Assembly (NCBI GenBank): GCA_965235115.1
Contig: OZ249452.1
Location: forward strand, 12,462,001 to 12,526,000
Length of the DNA stretch: 64,000 nucleotides
Direction: 5' to 3'
From: Laetmonice hystrix
Taxonomy: Eukaryota
Within the stretch, counting starts at the first letter, position 1, and each line of letters starts with the position of its first letter. A program made the translations under genes and the position numbers. Positions 24,863-38,264 of the stretch are shown here, piece after piece. The notes beneath the pieces were generated by a model. It was not told the DNA's origin and ran no database searches. It saw only the letters and a program-made list of their open reading frames with translations.

Positions 24863-26984
24863 GCCGCCTGGTGGGCGCAGTCCTGATAAGTTTTGCCCTT
24901 CCATCATTAAAGGCTTCACTTCTAAGTCTGTTGTTCTTACGCTTTAACTTCAATCGGCTTTCAGTAGAGAATGGGTTTTGTTCAATTTAAAATGTCCCTT
25001 AGACCAACTGAATGTATTCTTAGCTCTTAGCTTCCTACCAAAACAAGAACTAGAATCAAAGCAGTCTAACCTAACTCACGATATATCGATCCTGAATTAA
25101 GAGGTCGGGCAGGAAAAGAAGAAAGAAGAAGAAAGCCACGTCCAGTTTAAGTGACATTAGAACACAATGTTCAAACCCTCTCAAGTGCTCATCTGCCACC
25201 GGCCATTCAGGTGTGAAAATCTCAGGTGATGATGACTCAGGTCACCAGTAATTGTCACAGCATGACCTAGTTTTAGCCAATTAACTTCACCATAAGTAGG
25301 TTAAGCGGTACGAAGGTTAAACACTTCGTTACATGCCAGTTGCTACTGTCCACCGTCAACAGAATGCATGAGAGATTCCGTTCTGCAGAAGTATTTCATC
25401 GTGTCCCAAGCTGACCCATTTGTAAGGTCAACTGACCAGAGTCAGCCGGCCTATACGGACATGAGACCAATGCTGTTTGACGTTTGACTTTAAGTTTCGA
25501 GATCCCCTTTGGGTTCATCAAACATTTGAATTATATTTCGGAGAAACTGCACTTCTAAGAACCTCTGAGTATTTTTTGTTGTTGATAAAAATAATTCTAA
25601 ATGTTTCACAACATTTAAACTGAACTGTAGGCCTACTATCAACTCATTTCAACTTCTAGCTGTTGTTAAAACAATCTTGGCGAGTTCATTCGTACATTAA
25701 ATGAGTATGACACATTTTGATGTAGGTTTACTGGTTGACAACATCACAAACATGTCACAACATATATTTAAGTTGTCCTAATTACAGCCTCTGTTTAATT
25801 AACGATGTCAGTCCCATGTCGGAATCCATCCTCTGTGTATGGAAAAATCTAATTTACACTGACATCCTTTTAGTCCACGTCAATCAAAGGATCCATAACG
25901 TTAAACATATCTCTCTTTTTTTCTTTTGTCTCCCCCCTTCTTTTTTATTCAGGCTGATTCAGGGCACAAAGCCCTGAATTTTCCGAATGCTCATTGCTGA
26001 CAACCAGAATAAAATCTTGATGAACTGAGTCCAATGCACACCCAGCAAACAACTATCATAGACGTGAATCACTGGACTGAGGAAACAGGGAGGAAAAAAA
26101 TAATTTCCAATTACCATACACATACCGAGTCTAGTCTGGTATGTGAGTTTACGTGGATGGAAGGTATGGTGCCATACTTTAACCTCACCCCCGCTGAGCA
26201 CCACTGTACCGGGAAAATATTGTAAATTGTTTTACAATGATAAATAATTCCCAACTGTAAAATAAATCAACCAGGTTACACCAGTAAACCTTTATCTCAA
26301 CCGCCACATTTTTAATCTTTTTACAATATTTCTGGGTAATTATTCATAGCTCTGTTGCGAATCGAACGTCTGAATCCAATGATTCCGATGTATACTATAC
26401 CTCACTTCTCTGGTTTCCTTTAAACCGTATGTTCTCCTTGTAGTAGAGCTTCCCTTTTCCTTATAGTGATCCATATACACGATCTCGTATACAGACAGTA
26501 TATGTCTTACAAAACATCTCCGAGTCTCTTGTTCTCAGTATAATACCTCCCTACCTCTCGTACACATGTACCTCAGCCTCACACGTATCCCAATACATCA
26601 TTCTGTTTCCCGGTACAATTCGTTTCTGTCCCTTTCAGTTGTACACTGAATACTCCTCCACAACCAGCCGCCCTACTTCAGCACCCATCCTTATAAAGTA
26701 CCTTTCACATACGAGAGCCCAGCAGTGATAATGTATGCCTTCTCCTTGACTGTGTCGGTATCTGTCCTCCGCCAGTTGATACTTACAAATGATGACCAAG
26801 ACTGTGATAAATCATGACCAAGATATCTTCACATACAGTCCCAGACACACTGGCAAACGATGCGGGCCATATCTCCACTGTCATTGTCACTGACAAAAGA
26901 TCAACCTCCCCTCCCATACACACACAAAACCTGCCAGAATCTACCCAGGGCGATTTTTAAGTTCCTACCACCCAGTGGACGCTG

Positions 26985-27151
26985 GGTAACACTGTAATTC
27001 ACACTTCCTGTGATCAATCGGTAACACTGTAATTCACACTTTCTGTGATCAATCGGTAACACTGTAATTCACACTTTCTGTGATCAATCGGTAACACTGT
27101 AATTCACACTTCCAGTACACTGTAATTCACACTTCCTGTGATCAATCGGTA
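26985..27151. repeat. 35-bp tandem repeat, about 4.5 copies
   Basis: ggtaacactgtaattcacactttctgtgatcaatc at 26985, 27020, 27055 and 27090. Confidence 0.9.
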
Positions 27152-27523
27152 CCGGCTGGGGTGACCATCTGTTAACGGGATCCCAAAAAGTTAAGGGCCT
27201 CCTTTGACACTCGTCAATACCATATAGCGTACATGTATCAAGCAACCTCCTGCTCTGAGGATTTTAACTGTAGTAAGTGAGGGTTTTTTTAATGGAAGAG
27301 GAAGAAGAAGGCAGATCCTCGGAATGGCGGTGGGGCCTGCCATGCCCTCAGACTCCTCTACCAGCTCCTGTTCTTGCTGTTTCCATTGCCGTCCAAGTTA
27401 AGCTCGATATTCTGTTGCACTCAAACTATGTCAAATATATTTTAATACTGACCATATATGGTTCTTGGATTTGAGCGATTTGGCATGGGGGGGGGGGTCT
27501 TTTGCCGTTAAGTCTTTAGGTCT

Positions 27524-27709
27524 TTAAGTCTTTGACTGCCGAAGCTATTTAAAAAAAGAGTCGCCAAAATTGCCAGATATAAAGTATTTTTCCAGTTATT
27601 GAAAACACAATACGGAAAATACCAAAACAATCATCATTCGACGTTTTTGGCAGAGAACTGATGCGTTCTTGAAACCTTCGTTCGATGTTTTTGGCAGTCA
27701 AAGAGTTAA
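27524..27709. mobile_element. piggyBac-like MITE, TTAA flanks, TIR tctttgactgcc
   Basis: Left ttaagtctttgactgccga; the right end reverse-complements to ttaactctttgactgccaa. Confidence 0.65.
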
Positions 27710-28101
27710 TACACGCAATCTTCTGCTACCGTCCAACAAAACCCCTCCCAAAGGCCCGATGATACGAGGGTATATAAAAAAAAACCTGATATGTACTCAG
27801 ATAATCTGGTACCCTTTCTGGCGGCATTAGGTTTGATGTTTGAAGTCTGTCAATTCCTGACGTCACGGCGTTTTAAAGTACACCTAACCTAGAGAGGGCA
27901 TCAATGATGGAGGACTCCTGTCTGGGGTGACTATATCCCAGTATGCTCACCTAACAACCCCCTACTCACCCTGAACCTACCCCCTCCCTACCATTACACA
28001 AATACCCCCTCCTCCTTCGTGCTCAAAAATTGCCCCATCTCCGGGGAATTATGACCGGGCGGGGGGTGGGGTGGGGGTGGGGGTAACTCAGATGCTCTCA
28101 C

Positions 28102-28473
28102 TGGTGGGACAGACCTTTTGATTCCCAGTTGTGGATGTGTCCACTGTGGGACAGACCTTTTGATTCCCAGTTGTGGATGTGTCCACTGTGGGACAGACCT
28201 TTTGATTCCCAGTTGTGGATGTGTCCACTGTGGGACAGACCTTTTGATTCCCAGTTGTGGATGTGTCCACTGTGGGACAGACCTTTTGATTCCCAGTTGT
28301 GGATGTGTCCACTGTGGGACAGACCTTTTGATTCCCAGTTGTGGATGTGTCCACTGTGGGACAGACCTTTTGATTCCCAGTTGTGGATGTGTCCATGGGA
28401 CAGACCTTTTGATTCCCAGTTGTGGATGTGTCCATGGGACAGACCTTTTGATTCCCAGTTGTGGATATGTCCA
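28102..28473 (-). CDS. Candidate cassette exon made of a 42-bp minisatellite (14-aa repeat [14 protein letters not shown])
   Basis: Acceptor tgttgtggatttgtacag|, donor CCA|GTGAGA, 372 nt, phase 1-1, open frame. The only length variants are 3-bp deletions. Confidence 0.3.
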
Positions 28474-28475
28474 CT
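28104..28475. repeat. 42-bp minisatellite, 9 copies
   Basis: ccactgtgggacagaccttttgattcccagttgtggatgtgt; two copies are 39 bp. Confidence 0.95.
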
Positions 28476-29761
28476 GTACAAATCCACAACAGATGCTTCA
28501 TCTTAAGATCTTCGTTAAGCTTAAAGCTTCTGGTTGGTTGCTTCGCTGAAATCAGTCAATTTTGAGCAAGATTTTATGTTTTGAAATAACAAGCTTAGGA
28601 CCCCTTAGACCTACTTGTCAGGTGAAAGGTTGGGTCATTTCCCCCCTTTCAATTCCAGGTCCATGAAGATCAATCCCCATAAGCATCATCCTTGAACAGC
28701 CCCTAGACCCGCTCATCTGGATACTTCCATTTTGAGGAGACTTACATTAATTCATGGTCTGAAAAGCCGACAATCCACTGGTGTCCTAACCCTGCCCTCT
28801 CGGTCCATGGGCTCCCCCTCCCACCACACACATCATGACGTGACAAAAGTCGGTCTGAGACGACACCTGGCGAGCGAGTCACACACAACAATTACCGACA
28901 TTAAAGACCAATCCAAACGTCGGCCTCTCATTATGGGGCGTGGCCTGGCACTTTGATTGGCAGCTGCTGAGAGCGAGGCTGCCCTCCTTGGGGGCATACC
29001 AGGATGTCAAGATGGCGAGACAATGTGAGGTGGGCAATCAGTGACCTTGGATGACCTTCCCAGGTCTTGTAAACAAGGAACAGCATGGGGCCGACAGCGG
29101 AGAAAGTACAAGGAGCCATTGTATGGAGACAGCGCCGCGTTCCTTCTTCTATTTATACCTCTAATTCCAGGCGTTTCAATCCTGAGACTAAAATTATGCT
29201 GTGCCCTAGTGCACTCCACTACCTACGCCAGCTTCCCTAAGAAACATAACATTAAATCTCCGTACAGACCGGCCTAGACTGAGGTGATCTCAGGACGTTT
29301 AGATCAATCAACTCTCAGCGTTCCTCTGTTAGGACTTTCAGCTATTTTCTCTCCCTAAGATTCCAACGTCCACTAGTCAGTCTTGTAGCATTTTGATCAT
29401 AAAGAAAAAGAAAAATTCCACAATCAGAAAAATAAATCATTTTGTAATCACCAGCATTGGGTACCTGCAGCTAAATGTGTCCACTAATTGCTGAATAAAT
29501 GAAGTGTTCTCATAAAGAAGAGTCTCCCCAAAAGTCGGTAATGATGGATCCAGATAACATCTACACAATAGACTTGCAATTTTGCATAAAGTTTGAAGCC
29601 TGGAGGCTAGATACGACTGCACTGGATTGCATGACCTCCCAGTCAGGCCACAGTCAGGGAGAGCTCGGACTCAAGACGGTAACCGTATTGAGTTACCATG
29701 ACGACAAAAGGTTTGGTGAGGCGGGGCGATAAAAGGGGCAATATAACAACAACAGCGCCAC

Positions 29762-29828
29762 CTGGGGACCACAAACACGATCTGAGGTACATCGGGTTCC
29801 GCGTCGACGATTTCTGATGTCTTTAAAA
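29762..29828 (-). CDS. Candidate phase 1 to 2 exon (VLKTSEIVDAEPDVPQIVFVVPR)
   Basis: Strong acceptor gtcttttccctgtccatag| but weak donor CAG|GTGGCG, which overlaps a CTCF-like motif. Confidence 0.25.
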
Positions 29829-32800
29829 CTATGGACAGGGAAAAGACAGGTCTATGGTACCAGACAGGGTCCGGTCCAGGATTTTGAAAAGCAGAAGGAT
29901 TTAGTCCGGCAGGGAAATTTGCCAAAATAGCGGGGTTTCGTGTCTTAAAGTTATAGTGTGAGAGGCTTACAACATTAATTGTAATGTAGGCCTATATCTC
30001 CATTGATCTCCACTAAACCATATATCCGGGACGGGTGACTTAAATCTACCCTCTCATCAGTCTACACCCTCTCCTTCATCTTTATCTTATAGTGTTTCTG
30101 ATTGGATGATCTGCTGGAACCAGCCAATCAAAATCGTTGTTTCAGAAATCCGGTCCCTGGTCCTATTGAACTGAGGCGTCCACCCATCAGGGTGATATCC
30201 CTTAAAAGTTTAGGCTGCCATGCATTTTTCTATAAGAACTTTTCTTCCATATTTCTGAATAATAATCAGAATGAATGATCAAAATGTCTAACGACATGTT
30301 TAAGAACAGCCCAGACTTTCCGAGTGAAAGAAGCCACATAACGACGTAAACATGGCCATACAACCTTAAAGTGAGAACCATACATGCATGTGGTTTGTGT
30401 ATATCACCATTCACACCGACACACTGTCCCCATCTGCCCTGTAAATCCACCTTGCCTTTAAATAAGTGAGACGACCCTGGCGACAGATAAGCAATAATAA
30501 TATGCAATATAAGGTCAAGTATGGCGGGGGTCTCAGGTGATGTTTTAGAAGTGTCGCCGGCAGGGGGCGCCTTGCATGACTTCGTGACGTCACACATGGA
30601 ATGTTTGGAATGAGCTGAGACGCCAGGTGCGATGACTACCTTCACATTTTTCACGCCGACTTAATTTCCGACACCTGGGAGACCTCCCGATGAGCACCTG
30701 TAAGATCAGGGCCAGTTTCTGGATACGCAAGATCCTGTTAAGGCTTAAGATTCTGATTGGCTGATCTCTTCCAATCAGATAATCGGAAACGTTAAGTTGA
30801 AACTTAAACGGGATCTTAAATGCGTTCCAAGTTCCTTAGTTTTCCTATCTTTCCAATTATCATACCGGCCGGCATTTCTACCATTCTGCCAATGAGACCT
30901 CAACATTCTGAAGGTTATTTTACGAAAAGTAGCTGCGGATTTTTACATAAAATCATATTTTCTTAAACAGCAGATTGGCAGTGTTCATGTGTGCGAGTTG
31001 AGGAGGCAAGGCCCCCACCTCGTTATCGTCTGACTATTAGCTTTATGCTCAAACTTATAAACTGTTGTAATTCAATATTATGTCTTCACCCTCTACTAAC
31101 AATCTTTACAAAAGACAAGCACAAACTGTTGATCAATTCGGAAATGTTCTACACATAATGTTTTCATAACCAAACGTAATATTATTGTCGACAATGACGT
31201 CCGACGAGTTGAGGTCACATACTGTATGTTAATGTCACACGTTTCGTGTAACCTTGGTACTTAGTGAGTGCTTTCTAAGGTCACACATATAACCTGCCCA
31301 GGTAAATGAAGAACATTAAATTCACAGAATATATTACCATTTGCTCAGTTTCACCAGGGTCAATCATAAAATACATGTACATGCAAAGACCAGGGCCTTA
31401 AGTTTTTGCTTAAGCAGAAATGTCTCGCATAAATTATATTTATATTTTAAAGATTTACTATTTTAGAACCATTTAACCGTTTTCCATTTAACCTATTCAA
31501 TTATGTATCTGTATTATTATTCCTTTTTACATCTATGAATAAAACTAAGAAAAATGCCCTTTTGGAATTCATACACAATACATGTAATTCATAATACAGT
31601 AGCACTGACGTAGCCGGAAAAAATCTAACACATAGTCATATGAAATGAGTTACATTTTCATTCCGACACGTGCCAATGGTAAAAGATTTATGTAATCAAG
31701 TTGGTAAAATCTTCTTTCATCAACGCATAAATTAGCTGGCATTTTTGCACCAGCCAGGCCGATCATCAAGAATTCCCGCCATTATTTGGACTCGAACGTC
31801 GCGAGCCTGGTCAAAACGCCTGGGGGCAGTTATCGGCTGCTGAGGCCGCGAGCTGGGCTGTCTGACAGAGACGGGCACAGCTCTCCATGGTACAAGACGG
31901 TCGTCAACAGGTGCTCGCCGCTCGGAGCGCCACCTGGGGGGATAAATTACACCTCCCTATGCGTGCCATGCTAGTCAACCTTTTTTTGGTTGTCAGTCAT
32001 AAAAATCGAATCGCTACCCTTAAATAAATGCAACATGAATTTTACACTAGTGTACCCTGTCATTAAACGTTGGTAAATAACCAATAAAATGTTTTTTTGC
32101 TCCGCCGTCTAGGACCTCGTGACAATGTTGAACATATGCCAATATGACGGTTATTTGGTGCATTGCTGCCACCATCGTCTGTAGCGGTATCAAGGTATGC
32201 GCAGCGTGGAGAGAAAACTATAGTACTGTGAACAATGTCTGTATCACACCTGAGCTGGGGGCCTTCCATTGTCAGGTCCTATTGTCAGGTTTCATAATCA
32301 TCCCAGACTGTTCCGTCTCGGACGATTTCATTGGTTCCCCGAGGGGAGTCAACCAATCAGAACGTCTGACAGAGTAGGAACTCGAACTCTCAGAACTTTG
32401 TCCATCGTACGTCCTTTCCCCCAGCCAGGGTTAAAGAATTCTTTAAAGTCAAATGAAAGAAAGAAAAACACAAGAAAAAGATGTCCCTCCAAGGCCTAAG
32501 TGTAACTTCAGAATCCTCGATTACTCGTATAATATCACAAAGTTAGCAGTATTAGTATATACAGGGATAAAAATTTACAACATAGCCATTCTAAAACGTT
32601 CTATATACTCTTTGACATTAGTCTTCCTAACTTTGGCTCTCCCCTATATATACTGAAACTCCTACATGAAGTTAAATAAAAACTCTCAAAGCCTTGTCCA
32701 CCGTCAGATCCTCCTAGCCCGAGTTTAACACAAAGATTCCAACAAGCTGGTGTCAATCAAATAAACCACTTCACAGCTGCAGCCTCAACAAGTAAATCTA

Positions 32801-33634
32801 CTTTACCTCAATTTGCCCCGAGGTGCTTGACGCCTCACTTGACCTACTTTGAACAAAATTCCTTCACCAAACATTGAGGCGCCATTGAATCTGAACCAGA
32901 AGTGATACCAAACACAACGTGAAAAAAATATGCATAGGTGGATTATCAACCTATCCCCCTAAGAGGATTCACTTTTAAACTTCTCGCTATAATTATAGGG
33001 GTAATTTCTGGGTGAAAAGGTAAAGTATTGTCAGATTGGTTACTGTTTAGGGGAGTTAAGGATTTTGATCACCAATGAAATAGGGTTGGGTAATGGGAGT
33101 TGGTGATGTCTGTGCACTGCTCCAGTCACCAAGTGAAAACACCTTTCTCAAACCACAACCCTAACTAGGTCAAGGTGTGACAGTTGTTGTCCTACCCCCT
33201 ACCCCCTCTACACTCTTGTACCTCAGAGAAGAACCCTAAATCTCAGCGTTTGTCACGTCCTAGGGGACGCCTTCCACCCCCTGGGAGGATTCACCCCTAA
33301 ATGGGGTGAAATGTAAGGGTGATTTAATCGAGTGGAATACAAGGGTTGGGGAGGTGACAGAAAGGGGTGCATTGGTTGGAAAACAGCGGTTCGGATTAAA
33401 AGGTTTCTATGTGTGGTGTCTTTGAAATATTCTGAACACCACAGAAAGTCAACCCGGGTATTTGGGTGGACCTGAGCCACTGAATCCATGATGGGGACTA
33501 TATCTGATAATACCATCCTCAACCCTAACTTTGTGTGATATCAGACTTTGATACTAACCTCATTTTCTCCAATGTTTTATTGGGATGTTTTAGCCCGACA
33601 CCTTGTGTCAATGGTTCAGAGACCGTTACTACGC

Positions 33635-33708
33635 AATGGAAGTAACATTAATAAGTGTTTTGAGTAAATAAGTATTTACTCAAAACACTTATTACTGTTA
33701 CTTCCATT
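33635..33708. repeat. Near-perfect 74-bp palindrome (36-bp arms, one mismatch, 2-nt loop)
   Basis: aatggaagtaacattaataagtgttttgagtaaata-ag-tatttactcaaaacacttattactgttacttccatt. Confidence 0.9.
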
Positions 33709-36098
33709 TTAGTTTTATTAATGTTACTTCCACAGGGAAAACATTTTATCTGATAAATTACAATATCTCATGAATACTGAGAAAATGACATTTAGATCGT
33801 AAACCTGACGTATAAGTCAAATCTGCCTACGTCTCTCTCGCTTCCTCATTCGATAAATTAAATCTAAAATCGGTTGTTCCGTTACGTGAGGACTTCATCC
33901 ACTTGTTCGGAAATAAAAAGCGGGAAAACTTACGTCTCAGTGACGGTACGGCATTGATTCCTCCACCTTCTGATATTGTAGGACGCTCACCTGACCAGGA
34001 CGGGGGTGATTTCTGCCACCCTGTCAGGTGACCCACCCCTCTCTGTTGTTATACCCCCTCGAGCAGTCCACGACCCCACCCGGTATATGACACCCCAGCT
34101 GGGGCTGACCCTCAGGTAGGGTTGCAGTTAGAGGGCAGACTTTGGTGTGACCTATCTGAATGAAGAACCCCAGTCAGTGTGACCTCTCAGTGTGACCTGT
34201 CACAATGAACGCTCCACGCGCACGTCATGACGTCAAAGATGCGCGCAGAGCCAACCAGAGATCCGTCACAATAGCCGCTTGTGTCCGGACACTGCCCACT
34301 GGTCAGTCACTGAATGGTCAAGCGTCCACTCGGATGGACGCAGGCGAAGTGCGGAGGTATGTGACCCAGGAGACTGACCCACTACCTGTATAGACCACCC
34401 TGTCAGGTGAAACATGGTTGGCCCGGCTGGGACAGTACTGGTTGGTGCTGGGTGGGGTGTGGGGTGGGGGTGGGGGTGGGGGGGGGGGCTTAACCTCGGG
34501 TCTATCCCCTCGGTGACATCTTCTTTCATTTTTACCTAGCCCCAAAATATTACCCCTAAACTCGGTCTATAGACCTTCCAAAAAACCTTACCCCTATCCC
34601 TGCTCAACCCCCTAACTTCTACCCCTATAGTGGGAAAGTGACGACAGTGGAATGGACCCTCCGGCCTTAACATGAGGTCATACTTCAGATAACGATTACA
34701 ATCTCAGACAACTCTCGCACACAAGGGGCACTACTGAGGAGCTGAGATTGTATTCCAATGACAAAAAAAAACTCAAATTTGCGAAAATTTACATACTCCT
34801 TTAGCCGGGGAATATTAAAAGTTTGTAGCACACTTGTCTCAAAATATGTGCCACAGATCTCAGTAATGCCTATCTAACTCGGGAAGACAAGTTCTTATTT
34901 AGGATACTTTAAAACACAGATACACAAAACAAATAGACTCCCTCCCTCCCCGCCACCCTCCGAACCTGTCGCCCACTGTTACAAACCACAGCTGGGGGTC
35001 CGCGACGGAAGACGAGCTTCAAATTAAAACAAACCGCCCCTTTTTTTAAACCCCCTACTTACCACAGTCAAGGCAATTACTATAATTGTCCTCTATTCAC
35101 CAGACGGTGGCCCACTTGAAGGCTTCAAAGGCTAAGCGGCCTATTACACAACTTGTCATTGAAACTATTAATCACATAGCGACTGCTAAATGCTAGCTGT
35201 GGGTTAGCTTACTATATTCACAGATTTAATAATTTACCTTTTATTTTGTGGATAATCTTGGAGGTCTAGACTTTTTTACGGTTCACCTCTATGCAACATA
35301 ATTTAATTATCTGTTTAAACCTTGTGTTTCTCAAAGAAAGACGCCTATATTGGCCCCGTCGGGGTTGCCATGCCTCCCGCTGAGGTAGTATGTGTGTGTA
35401 CTTTAGCTGATTTAATTCGAGGTGCTGGTTGTGTTCATTCACACCGCTAGGGGCCGCCACTGAGGGTCCAAGCTGGCCCGGCCCTGTTGAGTTGACACTG
35501 GGTTGTCTTTGTGCTTTAACCGTCTAAAAAACATGTACCGAACAGCTGGGGCATCGGTTGGAACGGCAGCATCTGTTTAATGACTTCTGAGGTTTTTTTG
35601 TATTTTTTGTTTTGCTCCCCCACCCCCTCCCGACTAGTTTTTTTTCTCGTAACAGTCAAAATAGAGCGACCAAAGTATTTTCAACAGAGCTTAACTATCT
35701 GAAGCTCATACTCTGATGTCAAATATTGTGATTATTTGTGAAAACGAGTGTGTACGTAGAGTAACCATTGTTGAGAAGGTGAGCACGATGTTGGCCATGA
35801 CTTCATGAACCATTGCAACTTCTACGCACCTGATCGGCCATGACTCACACATCCTAGCATGGCAAGGACAACCCTTCTTGAAAAAACATACATTGAAAAA
35901 AGAAAGAAAAAGAAAACTATTATGCAGTCAACTTTATACGGACATGAAGTGTTAATTAAATCCACCCACACTTCTAAACTAGCTGACTCATAAGACGGAG
36001 ACCTTGACTGAACCGCCCTATTCCTAGGGAAGTTTTCCTCATATAGAACGTCTGACAAGCAAGGAACAGACATTACGTTTGGTATAACGAGAACACAC

Positions 36099-36260
36099 CA
36101 GGGCCCAGTTTCACCAAAATTCTCACCTCGAGTAAAGCTTACTTAAGTAAACTAACCGGCTTCTGATTGGCTGGCCTAAGCAGACCAGCCAATCAGAAGC
36201 CTGTTAGAATACCTAAGTAACCTTTACTCAAATTGAGAATGTTTGTAAAACTGGTCCCAG
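36099..36260. mobile_element. Palindromic PIF/Harbinger-like MITE with CAG target-site duplication
   Basis: CAG|GGCCCAGTTTCACCAAAATTCTCA...TGAGAATGTTTGTAAAACTGGTCC|CAG; the arms pair through to cttctgattggctgg / ccagccaatcagaag. A similar degenerate copy lies near 30707-30840. Confidence 0.75.
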
Positions 36261-38017
36261 ACTGTCAGCGTCTCGTCCCTGTAACTGATGTACTGGTCTC
36301 TCACGGCGACAAGCTCACATTTCAACAACCAGAACTTTCAAGGCAATTCTTCTCGAGTTATTTTACTGTTTTTTTTAATACAAAAAAACTGGCATGATGC
36401 ACCTAAACTATATGTAGGGCCTCCTTTCGTACAAACTCAGAATGCGATATGAGAATCTCCCGGCATACCTGAACCATCAGGTGGCCACTTTGTGAAATCT
36501 CCTGAATTATCCCAAGATTACTGGCACGTCCATGTGCCTACTAGGGCACACTTCTCCTGTGTAATTCCAACAAACAAATACCTACCGTTACAGTATTGAG
36601 ATATGTCGTACGGATACCTCTTTGTCCCTAGATGTAGCTCTACACCTCATTGTCTGACTAATTTGACATGATGCCAGAAAATCCTGGCCCTACCACACGT
36701 TTACCTGTTTTCAGGTTTAGGATATAGCCTCATGACACGTTTTTTAATGAAGCACTAACGGTACTAGAATCCACCCTTGGAATGGCAAAGACTTGCGTCC
36801 AATGAATACTAAAATTTATTTTCAAAAGTACTGAATAGTAAGATGGTTTTGGTGTTGTTGATGGGGAAGTAATGGCCTTCGGGCCCAGGTGTACAGACAT
36901 TGAACATGCCTGGATTGTAAGGGCACATGTGTACGAGCGTAATTGTCGGAATCAAAATTGTGGCAGGTACGGTATATTCCATGATGATGAGTCACTCAGG
37001 TGTGAACCTAACGGTCACGCTTCAGTGGACATAACTCAGGGAACCACCTCCATGTGTCCCAGTCGGAATCCAATATCTCTGCTCGTGCTCAGTGCCTGGG
37101 GTATGTTGTGGTTAACATGAGGGTTTCTTGTTAAGTTAACAATCACAAGGAAAAGACTGGACGTACTCACAAACAGAATACCTGCCAGATGTGGTTCCTA
37201 TATCCCAGAATGGTGCCTTACATGATAGATAGAGTTATGCTATATTGTCTATAAGATGTTCAGAAAGCCACTAGGAAATATGGCTTACTGCACAGTGACT
37301 TTTAGCACACCCTGCCTCTCAATAAAGCTTCAGTTTTTAAAATAGGTTACAAAAAATAGTCACATTTACAGCTTCTTTATGAGAAAATGATGAATTTGAT
37401 GGAATATGAAAATACATGCCTGTCATAATATTCATATACCAAAGTGAAACGATTTTTTTATTATTTTAATCTTTAAAAATTTCTAACGTTGTACTAAATG
37501 ACCTTTTCCAAGTGAGCCTGTGACTGTCATGTGACCTGTCAAAACAGGCAGACAAATTTCAGACTGTAAATAAACAAAGACATAGTTGTGGTCCTTTTCT
37601 AAAAGATTTCCTCCAACTAAGTTATTTTCTGTCATTGTGTTGTGTTCACACTAGACTGGCTAACCCCCTCATTGTATAGTAATGAAAGGACCCGCCTGAC
37701 TGTGAGTCTGTGCATGTTATATACAACCCGGAAGTGAATAAAAAATCACCTTTACTATCCCTCCATGAATCTCTTGATTCATAATTCACGAATTCATTAA
37801 TTCAAAATTTGAACGAGTTTGGGCATCCGTGCCGAGCTATATATACTCTGTTTATACAGATCTCCTTTTATAGCAATAATATGTAATAAATAATGAATAA
37901 ATCCATTTTACTCTAACTGAATATTTCACAAATCTACATATCCATCCAGCAAAGGTTGATTCAATGGAAAGCATCCGTAAGTTTCAAGCCCACAAAATGA
38001 GAATGACTTGTACTCAC

Positions 38018-38058
38018 CAAGTCCCATCAGAATCCCCTCACATATGATTCGGTGTGCC
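38018..38058 (-). other. Candidate exon, possibly carrying an alternative start (ATG GGA CTT G|, MGL...)
   Basis: Acceptor aagtttcgttttag| and donor TTG|GTGAGT. ATG at 38027 ends in phase 1. An upstream donor CAG|GTAGAA at 38182 lies next to a CpG-rich patch with an X-box. Confidence 0.3.
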
Positions 38059-38250
38059 CTAAAACGAAACTTGACATGCCCAGAGAAGTGAGTCCTTGCC
38101 TTCAGTGTGAAAGTCCAGCTCCGGTTAACGATGTGACTGCCCCCTCCAGATCAAGTCACAATGTCCCAACGTGGTTTTCTACCTGGACACAGCGTTCTAT
38201 TACCCAGAATACAACGTCACAACCACCCGCCCGCCGCCGGCGTCCGTCGT

Positions 38251-38264
38251 GTTACCATGGCAGC
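38251..38264. promoter_or_regulatory. RFX X-box-like motif GTTACCATGGCAGC in CpG-rich patch
   Basis: Matches the consensus GTTNCCATGGNAAC at all but one position. Confidence 0.4.
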
